Of a DNA stretch of 64,000 nt, positions 53,510 through 63,551 are shown one piece after another. Made by a program: the position numbers and the translations under genes. The number at the start of each line of letters is the position of its first letter. Within the stretch, counting starts at the first letter, position 1. The notes below the pieces were generated by a model. That model saw only the letters and a list, made by a program, of their open reading frames with translations, was not told the DNA's origin and made no database searches. The stretch covers positions 96,001 to 160,000 of the forward strand of contig CAWBVY010000004.1 of assembly GCA_963792415.1 (NCBI GenBank). The letters are read 5' to 3'. This DNA comes from Candidatus Deferrimicrobiaceae bacterium (lineage in GTDB: Bacteria > Desulfobacterota > Deferrimicrobia > Deferrimicrobiales > Deferrimicrobiaceae).

Positions 53510-55166
53510 ATGGACGCCTTTCTCCTCAAACAGGTGATCGCGGAGTTCTCGGCGGAGATTCCCGGAGCGCTGGTCTCGAAGGTCCACCAGCCGGGGGAGA
53601 AGGAGATCGTCCTCGAATTGTGGGGGCGGGGGGAGAAGCGGCTGCTCTTGTCCGCCGACCCGGAACTGTGCCGGATCCACCTCACGACGCGCAGGACACC
53701 GAACCCGCCGTCGCCGCCCCGCTTCTGCCAGTTCCTCAGGAAGCACCTGGAGGGGATGCGGATCGCGGGGTTTTCCGTCGGCCCGTTCGATCGTTCCGTG
53801 CGGATCGACTTCGTCTCCGGGCGCCCGGATGCGGAGCACGAGAAGACCTCCCTCCACGCCGAACTGTTCGGCCGCCACGCCAACCTGATCTACGTGGACG
53901 GCGACGGGACGATCCTCGAACCGCTGCGCACGGTGTCCGACGAGGAGAGCCGGGTCCGGGAGGTGGTCCCCGGGATCCCGTACCGCCCGTTGCCCAGGCC
54001 CGCGCGCGTCTTCCTGCCCGAGGTGACGCGGGACGATGCCGCCCGGATCTTTGGAGGCGGGTGGGCGGGGATCCCGAAAGCGCTGCAGGAAAACGTCGCC
54101 GGCCTTGGGCGGGAAGTCGCGCACGACGCTGCGACGCGGGGACAGGAAAGCCCCGATGCGCTGCACGAAGTCCTGCGCGACCTCGTCCGACGGTACGAGG
54201 AGAGCGACTTCTCCCCCGGGATCGGGACACTCGCCGGCGGGAAGCGGCGGATCCTTCCCTTTCCCTGCCCTGCAGCGGGTTTCGTCGAGTTTCTCCCCTT
54301 TCCCACCGCCAACGCGGCGGCGGACGCCTACTACGCGGAAATCGCGCAGGCGCGGGAAATCGCCATCCTCCGGCAGCAGGTCAAATCCCGGATCGCCGCG
54401 CTCCTGAAGAAGGAGCGCCACAAGCTGGAAAACGTGGGGGGGGACGAGGAACGGCTCGTCGAGGCGCTGCAGGGGACCATGCGCGGAGAGACGCTGAAGG
54501 AGAACCTCGGGGCACTGAAGAAGGGGATGGATTCCTTCCGGAACATCCCGCTCGATCCCGCGAAGACCCCCGTGGAGAACATGAACCGGTACTTCCGCCT
54601 CGCCCGGAAGGCGAAGGGAGCGACGGAGATTGTCCGGAAGCGAAAGCGCGAAGTCGCAGAATCCGTCTACTACCTCGAGTCGCTCGAGGACCAGCTCGAG
54701 GCCTCGCGGACGCGGGACGACGTGATCGGCGTGCGGCAGGAGCTCTCCTCCTCCTTCCCCTCGAGGGTGAGACCGGTCCGCAAAAATGAGAAGTGCGCGG
54801 AAGGACACTCCCCGGCCCGTCATCCCGCAGGTGGAGAAGCTTGAGTTTCGTGGCTACGCGATCCTGGTGGGGCGCAACAACGTCGGGAACGACAAGATCG
54901 TGAAGGAGCTCTCCGCCCCCGACGACCTGTGGCTGCACGCGCAGGGGATCCCGGGAAGCCATGTGCTGGTGAAGCGCCCCGCCGGAAAGGAGGTTCCCCG
55001 CGAAGTGATCGAGGAAGCGGCGCGATTGGCGGTTCTCCACAGCAAGGCGAAGGGGTCGCGCAACGTCCCGGTCTTCCTCGCGGAGGCCCGCCACGTCTCC
55101 AAGTTCAAGGGGGCCAAACCCGGACTGGTCCGGATCGCGAAACATACCACCGTCTCGGTGCGTTGA
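53510..55166 (+). CDS. NFACT/Rqc2 (RqcH-like) protein, frameshift near 54780
   Basis: FCQFLRKHL, ELFGRHAN, LDP..TP.EN..YF; NFACT-R (VGRNN..ND, WLHA..IPGSHV) in next frame. Confidence 0.85.
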
Positions 55167-55262
55167 GCATTTTCAAGCACCCGTTCCATTTCTTACGACC
55201 CAGGATCGAACCCGCGGGCGAATTTGCACCCTGTGGAAAACTTTGGGGAAGGACACCGTAAT

Positions 55263-55296
55263 AAAAAACCCCCGGCGGGATGCCCGCCGGGGGTTT
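55263..55296. terminator. intrinsic terminator after csp
   Basis: AAAAAACCCCCGGCGGG-ATG-CCCGCCGGGGGTTT. Confidence 0.8.
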
Positions 55297-55336
55297 GCTG
55301 ATTCCCGGGTTCTTCACCCGGGGTCGTCAGGCGTGA

Positions 55337-55540
55337 TCAGGCCTTGCTGACGTTCGACGCCTGAGGCCCCTTGGGACCCTGGGTGATCTCGAACTGGACC
55401 TTGTCGCCCTCCGCGAGGCTCTTGAAGCCCTCGGACTTGATGGCGCTGAAGTGAACGAACACATCCGGCCCACCGTTCTCTTGGCTGATGAATCCGAACC
55501 CCTTTGCGTCATTGAACCACTTCACTGTACCTGTTTCCAA
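55337..55540 (-). CDS. cold-shock protein
   Basis: [22 protein letters not shown]; TTG start. Confidence 0.95.
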   Translation of the reverse strand: METGTVKWFNDAKGFGFISQENGGPDVFVHFSAIKSEGFKSLAEGDKVQFEITQGPKGPQASNVSKA

Positions 55541-55682
55541 AACAGTCCCCCAAAAAAATGTTCTTGCTCAACCCAGGCAACAAGGCCCAAATCGACCAGA
55601 ACCATTACACTACCACAATCCGTACGACAATAGATACAACAATTATTTATGGCAACCTGAACCGCGCGACTCGAATTCCCCC

Positions 55683-57302
55683 CTATTCGTTCGATCGGTT
55701 CGTGATCGGCATCCGGCGATCCTTCCCCAGGGCGCGGGGGGTGATCTTGACGCCGGGCGGGGCCTGGCGGCGCTTGTACTCGCTCCGGTCCACCAGCGTC
55801 ACGACGCGCCGCACGACATCTTCCGGGTACCCCGCCGCCACCATCTCCGTCACGCCCTTGTCCCCCTCCACGTACATCTTCAGGATCGGATCGAGGAGAT
55901 CGTACTCGGGAAGGGAGTCGGAGTCCTTCTGGTCGGGCCGAAGCTCCGCCGAGGGGGGCTTGGTCAGAACCCGGGCCGGGATCACGTCCCGCCCGCGGCT
56001 TTCGTTATACCGGCGGGACACGCGGTACACCATCGTCTTGAAGACGTCCTTGATGACCGCGAAGCCGCCGGCCATGTCGCCGTAGAGCGTCGCGTACCCC
56101 ACGCTCATCTCGCTCTTGTTCCCGGTCGTCAGCACGATCTCCCCGAACTTGTTGGAGAGGGCCATCAGGATCGTCCCGCGGATGCGCGCCTGGAGATTTT
56201 CCTCCGTCGTATCCTCCGCCCGGCCCGCGAACGGCTCCGCCAGGGTCCGCCCGAACGCCTCGAACGCGTCGCCGATCGAGAGGTCGAGGCACCGGATGCC
56301 GAGATTCGACGCCAGCGCGTGCGCGTCCTCCACGCTTTCCGGCGAGGTGAAGGGGGACGACAGCGTCACTCCGAGCACCCGGGAGGGACCGAGCGCCTCG
56401 GCCGCCACCGCCGCCACCAGCGAGGAATCGATCCCCCCGGACAACCCGATGATCGCACCGGGGAACCGGTTCTTCTCCACGTAATCGCGGGTCCCCAGGA
56501 CGAGCGCCCGGAAGATCTCCTCCTCGATCGGCGGGATCGGCGCCACAGGCCCGCCCTCGGACGATCCCCCGATCTCGCACAGCAGCAGTTCCTCGGAAAA
56601 CATCGCCGCCCGCGCGATCACCCCGCCCCTCGCCGCGACCACCATGCTCCCGCCGTCGAAGACCAGCTCGTCCTGGCCCCCCACAAGGTTGCAGTACGCC
56701 ACGGGAAGGCCCGTCCGCCGCGCGTGCTCGGCCACGAGGTCCCGCCGCTCCTCCCACTTCCCCGCGTGGTACGGCGACGCCGAGATGTTGAGGATCAGGT
56801 CCGCCCCCTCCCTCGCCTCCCGACCCACCGGCCCCCGGCGCACCCAGATGTCCTCGCAGATCGTGATCCCTGCGCGGGCGTCGCCCACCGGAAAAATCAT
56901 CGGCTCCGTCCCCCGGCGGAAGTAGCGCATCTCGTCGAAGACGCCGTAGTTGGGAAGGTGCATCTTCCGGTAGACGCCCAGCGCGTGCCCGTCCGCCGCC
57001 ACGCCGGCGGCGTTGCACACCCGCCCCCTGCCGTCCCGATCGACGAATCCGGCCACGACCGTCACGCCGCGGGAACTTCCCGCCACCTCCCGCCACGCCG
57101 CGAGGTTTTCCTCCACGAAGGAAGCACGCAGCAGCAGATCCTCCGGCGGGTAGCCGGGGAGGACCATCTCGGGAAAGACGACCAGGTTCGCCCCCGCCTC
57201 CCGGGCGCGGCCGCAGGCGGAAAGGACCTTCCGGACGTTTCCCGCGATGTCCCCGACGGTGGCGTTGACCTGTGCGAGGGCGAGGCGCAGCGGCTTTCCC
57301 AT
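55683..57302 (-). CDS. nadE: glutamine-dependent NAD+ synthetase
   Basis: FPE, ICEDIW, LSGGIDS, TGNKSE, PPSAEL. Confidence 0.95.
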   Translation of the reverse strand: MGKPLRLALAQVNATVGDIAGNVRKVLSACGRAREAGANLVVFPEMVLPGYPPEDLLLRASFVEENLAAWREVAGSSRGVTVVAGFVDRDGRGRVCNAAGVAADGHALGVYRKMHLPNYGVFDEMRYFRRGTEPMIFPVGDARAGITICEDIWVRRGPVGREAREGADLILNISASPYHAGKWEERRDLVAEHARRTGLPVAYCNLVGGQDELVFDGGSMVVAARGGVIARAAMFSEELLLCEIGGSSEGGPVAPIPPIEEEIFRALVLGTRDYVEKNRFPGAIIGLSGGIDSSLVAAVAAEALGPSRVLGVTLSSPFTSPESVEDAHALASNLGIRCLDLSIGDAFEAFGRTLAEPFAGRAEDTTEENLQARIRGTILMALSNKFGEIVLTTGNKSEMSVGYATLYGDMAGGFAVIKDVFKTMVYRVSRRYNESRGRDVIPARVLTKPPSAELRPDQKDSDSLPEYDLLDPILKMYVEGDKGVTEMVAAGYPEDVVRRVVTLVDRSEYKRRQAPPGVKITPRALGKDRRMPITNRSNE

Positions 57303-57371
57303 ACCGCCATTCTCTTCGAAAGCGGCCCAAGGGGGAAGCCCCGGATCGCCTGTGGTAAAATTCCCTCTTCC

Positions 57372-58547
57372 ATGTCCTCTCCCTCCACCCGCCTCTACAG
57401 TCGCGACTACGTCCTGCTGAACGCGGTGAATTTCCTCTACTCCCTGTACTCCGTGATCTTCATCTTCCTCCCCGCGTACATGTACCGCCTTGGAATCCGC
57501 GAGGGGGCGATCGGCGTGCTGATGGCGACGGGGGCGCTCGTGTCGGTCGCCCTGAAGCCCGGGCTCGGGATGGTGGTAGGGCGTGGGGCACGGCGGACCT
57601 TCCTGTCGCTCGGAGCGTTCCTGGCCGCCGCGTCGACGGTGCCGTGGCTCTTCGTGACCGCTCCGGGGGCGCACCTGTTCCTCATCCGCGTGGCGCAGGG
57701 GGCGTCCTTCTCCATATTCACCGCCGCGTCGTACGCCTACATCGCCGCCTCCGCGCCGCCTGCGCGCCGCGCGGAGGCGCTGGGGATCTTCGGGCTCTCC
57801 TTCTTCCTCCCCGTGTCGGTGGGCGGGTGGATCGGGGAGTGGGTGATCGGCCGGGCCGGGTTCCCGGGCCTGTTCGCGGCGGGGATCGGGGTCGCCTTCC
57901 TGGCCGCCCTCTTCCCGCTCGGGATGCGCGAGCCGGCTGCGCGGGAACACCCGTCGATCGGCTCCCTGAAGGTCTTCCTCTCCCGGACCTTCCTCCTGCC
58001 CAACACGGCGGGGTACCTCTTCGGGGTGGCGTACGGGGTGATCTTCACCTTCCTCCCCGTCTACCTCGTCGTGCGGGGATCGGGGTCCATCGGGGCGTTC
58101 GTGTTCTTCTATGCCCTGGCGGTCATCGGGACGCGGACACTCGGGCGAAAAATGCTCGACCGGCTGCCGCGGGAGTGGGTCTCCCTGTGCGCCCTGCTCC
58201 TGATGGGCGCGGGGAATCTCCTGATTCCCGCGTTTCCCGGCAAGGTGGGGATCGTCCTGGTGGGCGCGGCGGCGGGGGCGGGACACGGTCTTCTCTTTCC
58301 CGCCCTGTCGGCCCTGGTGCTCGACCGGGTTGGGGGGGGCTCGATGGCAATGGCGATGGCGATGTTCACCGCCGCCTTCGACATGGGGCTCGTCACCGGC
58401 GCGGCCGCCTTCGGCTTCGTGGCCGAACGGTTCGGGTACGAAGCGATGTTCATCACGGCCGCCGCAGTGGTGGGCTCGGGAACCGCCGCCTTCTTCGTCC
58501 TGGACCCCGCGTTCAGGAGAGCAGCGCGTCCCGGACCCGCGCCATGA
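57372..58547 (+). CDS. MFS transporter
   Basis: About 12 hydrophobic segments, RVAQG, P.RR.EALG. Confidence 0.85.
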   Translation: MSSPSTRLYSRDYVLLNAVNFLYSLYSVIFIFLPAYMYRLGIREGAIGVLMATGALVSVALKPGLGMVVGRGARRTFLSLGAFLAAASTVPWLFVTAPGAHLFLIRVAQGASFSIFTAASYAYIAASAPPARRAEALGIFGLSFFLPVSVGGWIGEWVIGRAGFPGLFAAGIGVAFLAALFPLGMREPAAREHPSIGSLKVFLSRTFLLPNTAGYLFGVAYGVIFTFLPVYLVVRGSGSIGAFVFFYALAVIGTRTLGRKMLDRLPREWVSLCALLLMGAGNLLIPAFPGKVGIVLVGAAAGAGHGLLFPALSALVLDRVGGGSMAMAMAMFTAAFDMGLVTGAAAFGFVAERFGYEAMFITAAAVVGSGTAAFFVLDPAFRRAARPGPAP

Positions 58548-59217
58548 GCTCCGGGACGTCGCCCTCCGTCTTCCCCTCCGTCGGGATCGGGTCGAACAGC
58601 TCGACCACGACGTGTCCGGGGCGGACGCGCAGCGAGCCCGGGGGGACGATTTCGTGGCTCCCCGACACGCGGACCGGGACGATCGGAAGCCCCGACTGAA
58701 GCGCGATGTGGAAGCCGCCTTTCTTCAGCGGCTGCAGCTTCCCGTCTTTGCTGCGCGTCCCTTCGACGTAGATGAGGACGGAGTTGTTCCCCGCGAGCGC
58801 CCCCGCCGCGTTCGAAAGCGCGGTTCTCGACTGCATCGCGTTTCGCCGGTCCACCATGATCTGCCCCAGGGACAGGAGCACCCACCCGAAGACCGGGATC
58901 TTCGAGAGCTCCTTCTTGAAGACCCAGTGGAGCGGGTGCGGGATCGATACCGCCAGCGCGAGGGAGTCGACGTGGCTCGCGTGGTTCGACATGAAGACGT
59001 ACGGGGCGCTCCGGTCCACGCGGGAGACGCCGCGCGTCTCGACGGTGACGCCCAAGACCGGCAGGAGAATCCTTGAGTAGCTCTTCGTCACCCAGCGGAA
59101 AACCCTCCCCTTTCGGCTCTGGCCCGGGACGAGCAGGCCGACGACGATCGCCGGCAGCCCGACAACCAGGGTGGCCAGTCCGATGGCCACCATCTGGAAT
59201 ACCGTGCGAACCGTCAC
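58513..59217 (-). CDS. plsC: 1-acyl-sn-glycerol-3-phosphate acyltransferase
   Basis: NHASHVD, EGTRS, IVPV. Confidence 0.88.
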   Translation of the reverse strand: MTVRTVFQMVAIGLATLVVGLPAIVVGLLVPGQSRKGRVFRWVTKSYSRILLPVLGVTVETRGVSRVDRSAPYVFMSNHASHVDSLALAVSIPHPLHWVFKKELSKIPVFGWVLLSLGQIMVDRRNAMQSRTALSNAAGALAGNNSVLIYVEGTRSKDGKLQPLKKGGFHIALQSGLPIVPVRVSGSHEIVPPGSLRVRPGHVVVELFDPIPTEGKTEGDVPELMARVRDALLS

Positions 59218-59389
59218 GCGACGCACCCTTTTCCCCTTCGGCGGAGCCGCCGCAGGAGGGGGGGCGCCCCACCACGAGCTTCGCGTCGGTGGGGTACCCC
59301 CACTGCAGGAAGAACGGGGGGCACAACCGAGGGGTGAGTCCCGGAGGCGCACCACCTTCCGGGATCGCTCTTTGGATTCGTTGCCATAT

Positions 59390-60088
59390 TTATGAGACGC
59401 GGCACTTCGTGTTCCGCGCGCCTTCCGGGCACACCGTCAGGAGCGGGCATTCCGCGCAGAGCGGGTTGCGGGGGCGGCAAACTTCCCGCCCGAGGCGGAT
59501 GAGGTTGAGGTGCAGCGGCCCATGGTCCCCGGATTCCACGTGCGGCTCGAGGGAGAGGGCGGCCTTCGCGAGGTCCGCCGCGCCTGGGACCAGCCCGAGA
59601 CGCTTCGTCACCCGCAGGACGTGGGTGTCCACGGGGAAGGCGGGCATGCCGAACGAGAACAGGAGCAGGATGTTCGCCGTCTTCACCCCCACCCCGGGGA
59701 AGGAGGTGAGGTACTCCCTCGCATCGGGAAGCGGCATCCCCCGAAGGAAGTCGAGGGAGTAGGCGCCCCGCTCTTCCCGGATCCGCGCCAGCGCGCCGAG
59801 GATCGCCTTCGCCTTCGCCTTTGCGAGCCCACCCACCCGGATCGCCTCCTCGAGCTCCGGTGCCGGCGCGTCCGCAAGCGCGGGGAGCGTGGGGAACCGT
59901 TCCACCAGGAGGTCGTAGGCGCGGTCGCGGTTGGCGTCGGTGGTGTTCTGCGAGAGGATCGTCAGGACGAGGTTGCGGACCGGCTCGGTCTCGTGGACGC
60001 AGATTTCCGGCCGGCCGAACCGGCCGGCGAGCATGCCGGAGACCTTCCGAAGACGCGCGGAAAGCCCGCGGACCGCCCCCGCCATCAT
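59390..60088 (-). CDS. nth: endonuclease III family HhH-GPD glycosylase
   Basis: ILSQNT, PGVGVKTA, VDTHV, Cx6CxxCx5C. Confidence 0.85.
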   Translation of the reverse strand: MMAGAVRGLSARLRKVSGMLAGRFGRPEICVHETEPVRNLVLTILSQNTTDANRDRAYDLLVERFPTLPALADAPAPELEEAIRVGGLAKAKAKAILGALARIREERGAYSLDFLRGMPLPDAREYLTSFPGVGVKTANILLLFSFGMPAFPVDTHVLRVTKRLGLVPGAADLAKAALSLEPHVESGDHGPLHLNLIRLGREVCRPRNPLCAECPLLTVCPEGARNTKCRVS

Positions 60089-60348
60089 GCGCCCCCTTCT
60101 TCGGGAAGAGAACGGACGACCCGCAGCCCCTCGGGCGTCAGGCGCACCGCGGGCTGCAGCTCCCAATACTCGATCAATCCTTTCGCGCGCAGCGCGGCCA
60201 CCGCCTCGGAGATCTCCCACCGCTCCAGCCCCGCCTCCTCGTCCAGCCCTTTCACGGCCGGCGCGGCGCCGGGCCCGATCTCGCGATAGAACGCGAGCAG
60301 GCAAAGGAGGAGCTTCCGCTCGCCGTCGGACAGGTGCGCATCGCTCAC
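60085..60348 (-). CDS. hypothetical winged-helix-like protein
   Basis: 4-bp overlaps with both neighbours; VRLTPEG. Confidence 0.6.
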   Translation of the reverse strand: MSDAHLSDGERKLLLCLLAFYREIGPGAAPAVKGLDEEAGLERWEISEAVAALRAKGLIEYWELQPAVRLTPEGLRVVRSLPEEGGA

Positions 60349-60653
60349 TGCGCTTTTGCCGTGGGCGGAGGGGTCAATTTTTCGACGGTTTTCCTGAGAT
60401 CGCCGGCCTCGGCCTCGAGCTCCCGGATCCGCTTCGCCGCCGCCGAGGCTTCCGACCTGCGGCGGAAGGACCCGGGAAGCCCTGCGAGCCAGCCCCCCAG
60501 CACGCCGGCCCCGAAGCCGGCGACGATCAGTACCAGCAGCGAGGTGTCCCCGCGGAACTGCATGAACTTGACCGTGATGATGCCGGGGTTCTGCACGGCG
60601 AAGGCCGCCACGAGTGCGAGCAGTGCGATGAGCACGATCATGGAAAACTTCAT
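60345..60653 (-). CDS. LapA family (DUF1049) membrane protein
   Basis: FAVQN..I..F, second TM, coiled coil. Confidence 0.85.
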   Translation of the reverse strand: MKFSMIVLIALLALVAAFAVQNPGIITVKFMQFRGDTSLLVLIVAGFGAGVLGGWLAGLPGSFRRRSEASAAAKRIRELEAEAGDLRKTVEKLTPPPTAKAQ

Positions 60654-60680
60654 GGATTTCCCCCTTTCATCCTTGAGATT

Positions 60681-61754
60681 TCACCCCTTCCGCCCCGCTG
60701 TCGCATTTTTCCCGTCCCGTTCGGGGCTGTGAAGGTCGGCGATCATCCCCTTCACGCGGGCGCACGTGTCGGGACCCGGGCACTCGACCTCGCACGGGTC
60801 GATGTGGGTCACCACGTGGGCGTTCCCCAGGATCTCCCGGATCTCCATCTCGAGGTGGTCCGCCACCCGGTGGGCCTGCTCCAGCGAATGCTCGCGGCAC
60901 ACCACCACGTGGAAATCGACCTGCTTCTCGGACCCGGAGCGCCGCGTCCGCAGATCGTGCCAGTCCACCACCATCGGCCGGTGGGCCTCGATGATCGCCG
61001 TGACCCGCGCCACCGTCTCCGGGGGGAGCTGGTGGTCCATCAGGTCCTGCACCGCGCCTTTCAGCAGCGGCACGGCGGCGGAAACGATGTAGACGCCCAC
61101 CACCAGGGCGACCCCCGGGTCCAGCCACTTCCACCCCGTGAACCTGTACAGCACGAGGGAGAAGAGGATACCGCCCCCGGAGTAGACGTCCGTCCGGAAG
61201 TGGAGGGCGTCGGCGGCAAGGGCCGTGGATCCCGTGGTCTCTCCCCCCTTTCGGATCCGCTCGGAGATGAACCAGGAGGCGACCACGGAGAAGACCATGA
61301 CGAGGATCCCCACGTCGAGCCCGATCCCCTCGGGGGCTCTTCCCACGCGCAGGCGCCGGATCGCCTCCAAAACCACTCCCGCCCCGGTGAGAGCGATCAC
61401 CATCCCCTGGAAAAGGGTGGAAAGCGTCTCCACCTTTCCGTGGCCGTACGGGTGGCTCTCGTCGGCGGGATCCATCGCCTTCCGGATCGACAGGAGGTTG
61501 ACCGACGACATGAAGATGTCCGCCACGTTGTCGAGGGCCGACGCGAGGACGCCGAGTGAGCCGGAGACGATCCCCACGGCGAACTTGAGGAGGCAGAGGG
61601 TGACGGCGCTCCCGAGGGAGAAACGGGCCGTCCGCAGGCGGAGCCGGCGGTTCTCCGGGGTACCGGCCGTGGTTTCCGGCAAGAGGGCGTGCGTCCTTTC
61701 CCCGGACGCGGCAGCGCCCGGCGAGTGGATACAGGGAATGGGACCCCGTTTCAT
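60681..61754 (-). CDS. cation diffusion facilitator (FieF-like), start uncertain
   Basis: PAD.SHPYGHGK.E, ADALH..D, AHRVAD, THIDP. Confidence 0.9.
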   Translation of the reverse strand: MKRGPIPCIHSPGAAASGERTHALLPETTAGTPENRRLRLRTARFSLGSAVTLCLLKFAVGIVSGSLGVLASALDNVADIFMSSVNLLSIRKAMDPADESHPYGHGKVETLSTLFQGMVIALTGAGVVLEAIRRLRVGRAPEGIGLDVGILVMVFSVVASWFISERIRKGGETTGSTALAADALHFRTDVYSGGGILFSLVLYRFTGWKWLDPGVALVVGVYIVSAAVPLLKGAVQDLMDHQLPPETVARVTAIIEAHRPMVVDWHDLRTRRSGSEKQVDFHVVVCREHSLEQAHRVADHLEMEIREILGNAHVVTHIDPCEVECPGPDTCARVKGMIADLHSPERDGKNATAGRKG

Positions 61755-61837
61755 GTGGTTGAAAGGATAGCACATCACGCCGGGTCCCATGCGCCGCGCC
61801 GGCCGGGGCCTGCGCGGCCCCGTGGTACAATCAAAAA

Positions 61838-62476
61838 ATGCTGCAGGTCACGGAATTCTTCGCCAGCGTCCAGGGGGAGACCTCGTATTCGGGGTACCCG
61901 TTCGCCTTCGTGCGGCTCACCGGGTGCAACCTCCGGTGCAGGTACTGCGACACCACGTACGCCTACGACGGGGGGGAGGCGTTCCCGCTCGAAGAGGTCG
62001 TCTCCCGGGTCACCGCCTTCGGGCTGACCCGCGCGTGCGTCACCGGGGGGGAGCCGCTGCTCCAGGAGGAGGCGTCCACCCTGGTCGCCGCGCTGCTCGA
62101 CCGCGGGCAGGAGGTGCTCGTGGAAACGAACGGCACCCTCCCCCTTTCCGGGCTCGACCCCCGGGCGGTGAAGATCATGGACGTGAAGTGCCCTTCCTCC
62201 GGCGAGGACCGGAAGATGCTGTGGGAGAACTTCCTCCACCTGACGGAGCGGGACGAGGTGAAGTTCGTCATCGCCTCCGAGGAGGATTACCGGTACGCGA
62301 AGGAAGTGGCGGCGCGGTACCGCCGCGAAAGGAAATGGGGCGTCCTCCTTTCTCCCGCGTTCGGGGTCCTCGCGCCCGAGCGACTCGCCGGGTGGATGGT
62401 CGGGGACGCCCTCGACGCCCGGCTCCAGCTGCAGCTCCACAAAGTCGTCTGGGGACCGGACCGGAGAGGGGTTTGA
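61838..62476 (+). CDS. queE: 7-carboxy-7-deazaguanine synthase
   Basis: SVQGE, GCNLRCRYCDT, TGGEP, QLHK. Confidence 0.93.
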   Translation: MLQVTEFFASVQGETSYSGYPFAFVRLTGCNLRCRYCDTTYAYDGGEAFPLEEVVSRVTAFGLTRACVTGGEPLLQEEASTLVAALLDRGQEVLVETNGTLPLSGLDPRAVKIMDVKCPSSGEDRKMLWENFLHLTERDEVKFVIASEEDYRYAKEVAARYRRERKWGVLLSPAFGVLAPERLAGWMVGDALDARLQLQLHKVVWGPDRRGV

Positions 62477-62480
62477 GGAG

Positions 62481-63197
62481 ATGACGTCGGGCGGAAAACC
62501 GATCGGGATCGCGCTGGTCAGCGGCGGGATGGACAGTCTGGTGATGGCCGAGTTCTGCACGCGGGAGTCGGACCTCGCCCTGCTCCACGTCAACTACGGG
62601 CAGCGCACCGAGAGGAAGGAGCTCCTCTGCTTCCACGCCGTCGCGGAGCACCTGAAGGTCCCCGTCTCCCGGCGCCTCGTCGCGGACATCGGGTACCTGA
62701 AGCGGATCGGGGGGAGCGCCCTGACCGACGGCGGGATCGACGTACCCAGCGCGGACCTCGGGCGGGAGGGGGTCCCCGTCACGTACGTCCCGTTCCGGAA
62801 CGCGCACCTGGTCGCGATCGCGGTCTCTTGGGCCGAGGTGATCGGCGCGAAGAGCATCTACATCGGCGCCGTGGCCGCCGACTCCTCGGGCTACCCGGAC
62901 TGCCGCCCGGAATTCTACGAGGCGATGAACGAAACGATCCGGCGGGGGACGAAGGCCGGGAGCGGCATCGTCGTGAAGGCCCCCTTCGTCCACCTGTTGA
63001 AGAAGGACATCGTCCTGATGGGAAAATCGATGGGAGTACCCTTCGAGCAATCGTGGTCGTGCTACCGGGAGGGAGAGAAGGCGTGCGGGGTCTGCGATTC
63101 ATGCGCGCTCCGGCTGCGCGCCTTCGCCGAGGCCGGGGTCACCGACCCCCTTCCGTACGAAACCCGGCCCGACTACCGCCATGATTCCCCCGCGTAA
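62481..63197 (+). CDS. queC: 7-cyano-7-deazaguanine synthase
   Basis: SGGMDS, YVPFRN, YPDCR, CGVCDSC. Confidence 0.95.
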   Translation: MTSGGKPIGIALVSGGMDSLVMAEFCTRESDLALLHVNYGQRTERKELLCFHAVAEHLKVPVSRRLVADIGYLKRIGGSALTDGGIDVPSADLGREGVPVTYVPFRNAHLVAIAVSWAEVIGAKSIYIGAVAADSSGYPDCRPEFYEAMNETIRRGTKAGSGIVVKAPFVHLLKKDIVLMGKSMGVPFEQSWSCYREGEKACGVCDSCALRLRAFAEAGVTDPLPYETRPDYRHDSPA

Positions 63198-63236
63198 CCG
63201 CCAGGAACGAAATCGTACCGTGTGCCCCTTTCCCTG

Positions 63237-63265
63237 TTGACAGGAGGGGCGTACGCAACTACAGT
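63237..63265 (+). promoter_or_regulatory. sigma-70 promoter
   Basis: TTGACA-N17-TACAGT. Confidence 0.65.
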
Positions 63266-63341
63266 CTTAGTCCCAAAACCCCCCGAACGGGACGGATGAA
63301 TCTTTTCCGGCGCCCGTCCGTCCTAGATAGCAGGAGAGAAG

Positions 63342-63548
63342 ATGGCGAATTTCTACGAAAACAACGGCGATCGCAACGTCCCCTGGGAAGACGCGGGGGG
63401 GTTCAACACCCATCTGCTGACCGAGTTGCGCAACGCGATGCTCTCCGTGGAAGACGGCGGGAAGCCGGCGGGTCCCGTGCAGGCCGTGGTGGCCGAATGG
63501 ATCAAGCGGCTGCCCGCCTTCGATTTCCCCGACGACGAAATCGGCTGA
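63342..63548 (+). CDS. 68-aa acidic hypothetical protein
   Basis: AGGAG RBS and promoter upstream. Confidence 0.55.
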   Translation: MANFYENNGDRNVPWEDAGGFNTHLLTELRNAMLSVEDGGKPAGPVQAVVAEWIKRLPAFDFPDDEIG

Positions 63549-63551
63549 CGC

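Noticed and set aside
61838-63197. queEC as a 7-deazaguanine DNA-modification or defence (Dpd/QatABCD) system
   Set aside because: Canonical-length genes in housekeeping context; no dpdA, ATPase or TatD partners
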